Of a stretch of 26,419 nt of DNA, positions 22,329 through 26,419 are shown in pieces (the stretch's first letter is position 1; every line of letters begins with the position of its first letter). The position numbers and the translations under genes are program-made. The DNA comes from Nostoc punctiforme PCC 73102 (GTDB taxonomy: Bacteria; Cyanobacteriota; Cyanobacteriia; Cyanobacteriales; Nostocaceae). The stretch lies in NCBI RefSeq assembly GCF_000020025.1, contig NC_010629.1, forward strand, positions 1 to 26,419. Direction: 5' to 3'. The notes under the pieces were generated by a model, which was not told the DNA's origin, did not search any database, and saw nothing but the letters and a program-made list of their open reading frames with translations.

Positions 22329-22577
22329 AAATGAGCATCCGTGCAGAAACTTACGTTAAAGCTGAAAACCTTACTGTATAGGCATTCTGCAAATCGATAT
22401 TTTTGGCAATTCTTGATGTACCAATTAACCTATAGGTTAATTGGTACAGCTTTTTTGTATGGCACTACAAGGATTTGAAGTTCCTAAATTTCAAAGGCTT
22501 TAACTGGTAAACGTTTCCAGGATGTTGAAAACAGGTCATCAAGTCCTTAGCGTAAGTTTCTGAACGGATGCTCATTT
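22329..22577. mobile_element. 249-bp element bounded by 31-bp inverted repeats: candidate invertible switch or MITE
   Basis: aaatgagcatccgtgcagaaacttacgttaa (22329-22359) matches the reverse complement of 22547-22577 at 29/31. It carries a perfect 30-bp internal palindrome. A possible 3-bp TSD (tca at 22327-22329 / 22577-22579) is ambiguous. Confidence 0.7.
22418..22457 (+). terminator. Perfect palindrome plus T-tract inside the IR-bounded element (terminator-like on the plus strand only)
   Basis: gtaccaattaacc-tata-ggttaattggtac (22418-22447), then agc and tttttt (22452-22457). The minus-strand side lacks a T-tract. Confidence 0.4.
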
Positions 22578-22841
22578 CACGCCGTTCTCTAGAAATTGCT
22601 TTGATGAAGGGTGCGATCGTCTACTTTCCGCCAGAACTGAGGGCATCGAGAAGCGATCGCCCTCATCCACGTTGACCAATATCATTAAATGTCGCCACAG
22701 CGATGGTAATGTACTAAAAACAATTGATAACTATTTGCAATAACTTCTTGTTGGCTTGTCTGTCAACGGAGTAATGGGGCTTGTGGCGTAGTAGACTGTC
22801 CATAATACAACGCCTATACCGGACACTAACCCGAAAGCTAA

Positions 22842-23444
22842 ATGAGGCCACCGCCCCCAACTCGTCTACCAAACAAGCATTACAGGTCTAGAGAATACCT
22901 TACACCAAGTGAAGTGCGATCGCTGCTCGATGCCGCACTAGAACGCAAAGCTCGTTATGCTCACCGTGATTATACACTGATGTTACTCATGTTTCGCCAC
23001 GGTCTTAGGGTAGGGGAAGCTGTAGGGGCTAAGTGCGGTTTAAGGTGGGATGCACTGATGTGGGCCGAGCGGCAGATTTTCATCACCAGGGAAAAGGGCA
23101 GTGATTCAGGGGTGCATCCCTTGAGAGATGATGAATTAGTTCTCCTCAAAGAACTCAGAGAGATGTTGCCCGATAGCAAATATATTTTCGTTTCCGAGCG
23201 TGGTGAGGTGATGTCCACTGATGCAGTGCGAAAGCTGCTTGGGCGGCTGGCGGCACAGGCTGGGCTTGATATCAAGGTACACTGCCACATGATGCGCCAT
23301 GCTTGCGGTTACTATCTGGTGAATCAGGGTTATAACACTAGAGAGATTCAGGACTTTTTAGGACACCGCGATATCAAACACACGGAGAAATACACCAAGC
23401 TGAATGCTCGGCGCTTCCTGAATTTTGATTGGGGAGATTTGTGA
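22842..23444 (+). CDS. Small tyrosine recombinase, FimB/FimE-like (200 aa)
   Basis: YLTPSEVRSLL, FRHGLRVGEA (Arg box), HCHMMRHACGYYL (HxxR) and FLGHRDIKHTEKYT (His/Tyr). Size and C-terminal half parallel FimB (HPHMLRHSCGF...YLGHRNIRHTVWYT) as I recall it. Confidence 0.85.
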   Translation: MRPPPPTRLPNKHYRSREYLTPSEVRSLLDAALERKARYAHRDYTLMLLMFRHGLRVGEAVGAKCGLRWDALMWAERQIFITREKGSDSGVHPLRDDELVLLKELREMLPDSKYIFVSERGEVMSTDAVRKLLGRLAAQAGLDIKVHCHMMRHACGYYLVNQGYNTREIQDFLGHRDIKHTEKYTKLNARRFLNFDWGDL

Positions 23445-23571
23445 AATGAAGTTGCCAATTATTTAAATTATGTTCGTACAGGGTTTTCAGACCAGGGTAA
23501 ATTATCCGCGAACAAAAACTTAGGTATGATAAATTCCCCCAGTTATTTTTCAAACTGAATAAAACGGAGTT

Positions 23572-23615
23572 AAACGCCTCAAGCCTAAGAAAATTTACGC
23601 GGCGTTTTGTTTATT
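23572..23615 (+). terminator. Weak hairpin downstream of the recombinase gene
   Basis: aaacgcc (23572-23578) pairs with ggcgttt (23601-23607), followed by tgtttatt. The 22-nt loop makes this weak. Confidence 0.25.
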
Positions 23616-23866
23616 AGGTGTTGATTTTGACGGCTTTTTGACACAGACGGGTGTAACGGGCTAAACGCGTTTGCCTTAGAAAAATTCCCAGGAATTGAAG
23701 ATTTTTTTAAATACTGTAAATTTATCGGTATTGTAAGAATTAAATTTTTTAATTCTCTTTATAAAGAATATTACTAAAAATAATTACGTTATTTTTTCTC
23801 ACTTCTTATCAGTTTTCATCTACAATCAGTTTGTTAATATTTATTGGATTAAAAGGACTTCAGAAA

Positions 23867-24094
23867 ATGGCTAAAATCCTAATTTCTGATCTGCATTCTG
23901 TTGGAGAAAAAGAAGTATTGCTGAGTGAGCTTTCGGATGAAGAAATGGCTACCATTCAAGGTGGTAGTAATGCTCCTGCTGAAGTCTTAGCAGTTTGCGC
24001 TGTTGGAGGAGCGGTACTTGGTGGGCCGGCAGGTTTTCTAGGTGGTGCTTTTGTTGGAGCTATTCTAGCAACAATAGTCGCTAGTCAGGAATAG
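23867..24094 (+). CDS. Double-glycine-leader peptide (bacteriocin-like precursor, 75 aa)
   Basis: Leader MAKILISDLHSVGEKEVLLSELSDEEMATIQGG, then a Gly/Ala-rich hydrophobic core SNAPAEVLAVCAVGGAVLGGPAGFLGGAFVGAILATIVASQE. AAGGA lies upstream of the ATG at 23867. Confidence 0.75.
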   Translation: MAKILISDLHSVGEKEVLLSELSDEEMATIQGGSNAPAEVLAVCAVGGAVLGGPAGFLGGAFVGAILATIVASQE

Positions 24095-24120
24095 GTTATT
24101 CAAGTATCAATTTAATTTTT

Positions 24121-24163
24121 AATTAAGCCTCTAATACATTTATGTGTTAAAGGCTTAATTTTT
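24121..24163 (+). terminator. Terminator-like hairpin after the peptide gene
   Basis: aattaagcct (24121-24130) pairs with aggcttaatt (24151-24160), followed by ttt. The loop is 20 nt. Confidence 0.45.
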
Positions 24164-24214
24164 AGAAAAACGATTTTTGTAATTAATTTTATCTTTTTCG
24201 CTTGATTCAATGAA

Positions 24215-24242
24215 ATGTCGTCTAATGATAGTATGACGACAT
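24215..24242 (-). terminator. Hairpin downstream of the DUF1016 nuclease gene
   Basis: atgtcgtc (24215-24222) pairs with gacgacat (24235-24242). On the minus strand it is followed by ttcattgaat. Confidence 0.3.
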
Positions 24243-24265
24243 CGGCAATTAGGGGGCTGGGAACA

Positions 24266-25282
24266 TCACCCATCATTTACCGACAAAAGCCGTTTTAACT
24301 CCTGCTTTAAAACCTCCGGATCTGGCAAATAAAGTTGATATCTTGACACAAAAAGCTGATTAGAAATACCACCCTTAGCATACTCAACCAAAATCTCATC
24401 TTTATCTCGCGCCAACACAATCCCTATCGGCTCATTGTCATCCTCCATATTCTCCTCAGCCCGAAAATAATTTAGATACATATTCATCTGTCCAATATCC
24501 TGATGACTCACCGCTCGCGTCTTCAGATCGATTAAGACAAAACACTTGAGAATGCGATGATAAAACACCAAATCCACAAAAAAATGCGTGTTGTTTAACG
24601 TAATTCGGTATTGCTGCCCAATAAATGCAAACCCCTTGCCCAACTCAAGTAGAAACTTCTCCAACTCAGCAATTAAACGATTTTCTAACTCACTCTCACG
24701 ATAATTGCGGTCTGGTAAATCCAAAAACTCGAACACATAAGGATCTTTGACCACATCCCGCGCCGACTCGATCCGTTGCCCATCTTTAGCCAGTGCCAAA
24801 ATCTCCGCCCGATCCTTACTCAACGCCACCCGCTCAAACAAAGCCGAATCCTTCTGGCGTTTCAACTCCCGCACACTCCAGCGATCTTGGATGCACTGCT
24901 GCTCATAAAATGACCGCGCCAAATCATCGGAAATAGCTAAAAGCTCCGTATAGTGCGACCAACTCAATTTGCCAGACAGTGTTTGGCAATTCTCATAGTT
25001 CAAATAAAACAGACGCATATACTGCAAATTAGAACGGCTAAACCCTTTACCATACGCCGCTTTCAAATCTCGTGAAAGCACCTGTAACAACTTACTGCCA
25101 TATTCTGCCCGTTCCTTGCCCGCTTGCTCAAACTCGACAATATAACGCCCAATCTGCCAGTAAGTTTCTACTAAAACTGAATTAACCTGCTCAAAAGACC
25201 GTTGTTGCCCTAACGCCAAACACTCACCAATGCGATCTAACAACTGCTGATATGAACCATCATTAACCGTTAAATCACTCAT
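24266..25282 (-). CDS. DUF1016 / YhcG-family PDDEXK nuclease-domain protein
   Basis: YWQIGRYIVEFEQAGKERAEYGSKLLQVLSRDL..., LSWSHYTELL, FYEQQCIQDRWSVRELKRQ. C-terminal nuclease core ELENRLIAELEKFLLELGKGFAFIGQQYRI...FFVDLVFYHRILKCFVLIDLKT. Confidence 0.85.
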   Translation of the reverse strand: MSDLTVNDGSYQQLLDRIGECLALGQQRSFEQVNSVLVETYWQIGRYIVEFEQAGKERAEYGSKLLQVLSRDLKAAYGKGFSRSNLQYMRLFYLNYENCQTLSGKLSWSHYTELLAISDDLARSFYEQQCIQDRWSVRELKRQKDSALFERVALSKDRAEILALAKDGQRIESARDVVKDPYVFEFLDLPDRNYRESELENRLIAELEKFLLELGKGFAFIGQQYRITLNNTHFFVDLVFYHRILKCFVLIDLKTRAVSHQDIGQMNMYLNYFRAEENMEDDNEPIGIVLARDKDEILVEYAKGGISNQLFVSRYQLYLPDPEVLKQELKRLLSVNDG

Positions 25283-25330
25283 AACTCAAACCCCAACGAG
25301 AGCCAACTGCGTCTGAAATCTCCAAACAGT

Positions 25331-25386
25331 TGTAATAATGTAATTATGTAAATAAGTACAAATGTAATAATGTAATTTATTACATT
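25331..25386. repeat. Seven tandem 8-bp units (TGTAATAA type) immediately downstream of the RHH gene
   Basis: tgtaataa|tgtaatta|tgtaaata|agtacaaa|tgtaataa|tgtaattt|attacatt, with an exact 8-bp register from 25331. Confidence 0.85.
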
Positions 25387-25660
25387 AGCTTTTTAGCTCC
25401 TCCTCAACTAGAGCAATCATATATTCCTTAATGGTCATGCCTTTTTTGGTAGCACGGATTTTAATCTCCTGGTGCTGTGCCTCTGTAACTTCAAAAGTAA
25501 CTCGCTTGCTTTTGCCGTTGTTAACTTCTTCTGTGCCTGTAGTACTAGGCGTTTCAGCAGCATTGCGACTTTCTACCCATGCTGCTGCTTCATCTTTTAC
25601 AGGCGTTTTCTGAACACCTGGCCTTAAGCTTAGTTTTTGTGATTTTTTAACTTCTGCCAT
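25385..25660 (-). CDS. RHH centromere-binding / repressor protein (ParG/omega-like partner of ParA)
   Basis: Flexible basic N-terminal half. C-terminal KRVTFEVTEAQHQEIKIRATKKGMTIKEYMIALVEEELK fits the RHH pattern. Overlaps the parA stop by 14 nt. Confidence 0.75.
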   Translation of the reverse strand: MAEVKKSQKLSLRPGVQKTPVKDEAAAWVESRNAAETPSTTGTEEVNNGKSKRVTFEVTEAQHQEIKIRATKKGMTIKEYMIALVEEELKS

Positions 25661-26297
25661 GATTCGTTTCCTCTCTTGCTTCTAATATCTCCTCAACAAC
25701 AGCTCGTACTTCATCACTGGCAGCACTTTTCGGGGCAGCTTCCAAAACAGTACTCCCAATGTTCAAACACTCAGCAAATGCTACCCTTTGACTTATCTGT
25801 GCTTTTAACACTGGAAAGGGGTATTCTCCTAAAACTTCAGTTACTTCTCGCCCAAGAGCAGTGTTCGCTATCTTTCTGTTGATTAGAAATGCTGCTGTTA
25901 GGTCTGGCTTATATATAGTGGCCTCTTGTACCAGTTCTACTACCTCATGCACCGCCCACACATCCAAAGGAGATGGTTGTACAGGAACCAGCACAAAATC
26001 CACTGCCATGATTGCTGATCTGGTTAAGTCAGAAACTCTTGGCGCACCATCAATGAAAACAAAATCATACCCCTGCGCTAGTTTGGGCAATTCTTTATGC
26101 AAGATAGGACGATCCAAACCAATAACGCTAAATGGAGCCTCACCATTACGTGCTGCTGCCCAGTCACGGGTTGAGCCTTGAGGATCAGTATCAACAAGTA
26201 ATACTCGATACCCTATCATCGAAAAAGCATGAGCCAAATGGATAGATACTGTGGTCTTGCCACTGCCCCCTTTTTGATTCAAAACTGCAATTTTCAT
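25647..26297 (-). CDS. parA: ParA partition ATPase (small type Ib-like)
   Basis: MKIAVLNQKGGSGKTT (deviant Walker A), LLVDTDPQGS, FVFIDGAP. 216 aa. Confidence 0.9.
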   Translation of the reverse strand: MKIAVLNQKGGSGKTTVSIHLAHAFSMIGYRVLLVDTDPQGSTRDWAAARNGEAPFSVIGLDRPILHKELPKLAQGYDFVFIDGAPRVSDLTRSAIMAVDFVLVPVQPSPLDVWAVHEVVELVQEATIYKPDLTAAFLINRKIANTALGREVTEVLGEYPFPVLKAQISQRVAFAECLNIGSTVLEAAPKSAASDEVRAVVEEILEAREETNHGRS

Positions 26298-26300
26298 AAA

Positions 26301-26419
26301 TGTGTTTTTGTAAAAATGTAATTCATTAAGTTATGACAAATTCTAGAAAGTAATAATACCAAGCTTAATCCCTAAATTACAAATTTACAAATGCACAAAA
26401 TAGTATTAATACAAATGTA
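26301..26419. repeat. Octad repeats upstream of parA (operator/centromere candidate)
   Basis: tgtgtttt|tgtaaaaa|tgtaattc at 26301-26324 are forward units. attacaaa|tttacaaa|tgcacaaa|atagtatt|aatacaaa|tgta at 26376-26419 are reverse units. Confidence 0.75.

Noticed and set aside
22970-23290. ORF 22970-23290(-), antisense to the tyrosine recombinase
   Set aside because: The plus-strand frame carries all the tyrosine-recombinase catalytic boxes, and the antisense ORF is Ser/Arg-rich with no motif.
25431-26181. Plus-strand ORFs 25431-25613, 25676-25882 and 25861-26181, antisense to the parA/RHH genes
   Set aside because: The minus-strand genes have textbook ParA and RHH sequences, so the antisense ORFs are spurious.
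1-26419. Search for tRNA, rRNA, tmRNA or other classical RNA genes
   Set aside because: I could not recognise a cloverleaf with a T-loop GTTCRANYC signature or any rRNA-like conserved block. The GC-rich structured segments at 7128-7440 and 20247-20303 are reported as uncertain structures instead.

Overview
The window reads as a small, AT-rich cyanobacterial-type plasmid. It is probably a complete circular replicon: an 8-bp-periodic TTACAAA/TGTAA array at 26376-26419 continues in phase into bases 1-20. At least nine perfect HIP1 octamers (GCGATCGC) support a cyanobacterial host.

Backbone:
- A mobC-relaxase operon (4018-7087, minus strand) sits divergent from an HTH protein / ParA-like ATPase / coiled-coil membrane protein operon (7639-9678). 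They flank a GC-rich, hairpin-dense candidate oriT.
- An eight-gene minus-strand operon (15852-10424) is led by an actin-like ParM plus an RHH ParR-like protein. It ends in a membrane-anchored P-loop ATPase, followed by a phased GTGTCT repeat array.
- A zinc-finger/TOPRIM/SF3 primase-helicase (16826-19885) carries a 9-mer array embedded in its 3' coding region.
- A classical parA-RHH pair (25385-26297) is flanked by octad repeats.

Cargo:
- A high-GC secreted-protein gene bracketed by 68-bp direct repeats.
- Two PRC-barrel genes, one split by a 281-bp MITE with a 5-bp target-site duplication.
- Two orphan CheY-like receivers, one with Asn in place of the phospho-acceptor Asp.
- A PEP-CTERM surface protein.
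- A FimB/FimE-like tyrosine recombinase.
- A double-glycine-leader peptide.
- A DUF1016/YhcG PDDEXK nuclease.
- A frameshifted MOBV relaxase relic.

The most interesting leads are:
1. A 249-bp element bounded by 31-bp inverted repeats, lying between the FimB-like recombinase and the PEP-CTERM gene. It is either a candidate invertible switch or a MITE.
2. The ATPase plus GTGTCT array, which resembles the FtsK/TraB-clt arrangement.
3. The CCGCACCAC iterons inside the primase-helicase gene.
4. The uncharacterised ParM-led operon.

All family assignments come from motif recognition by eye. No searches were run.
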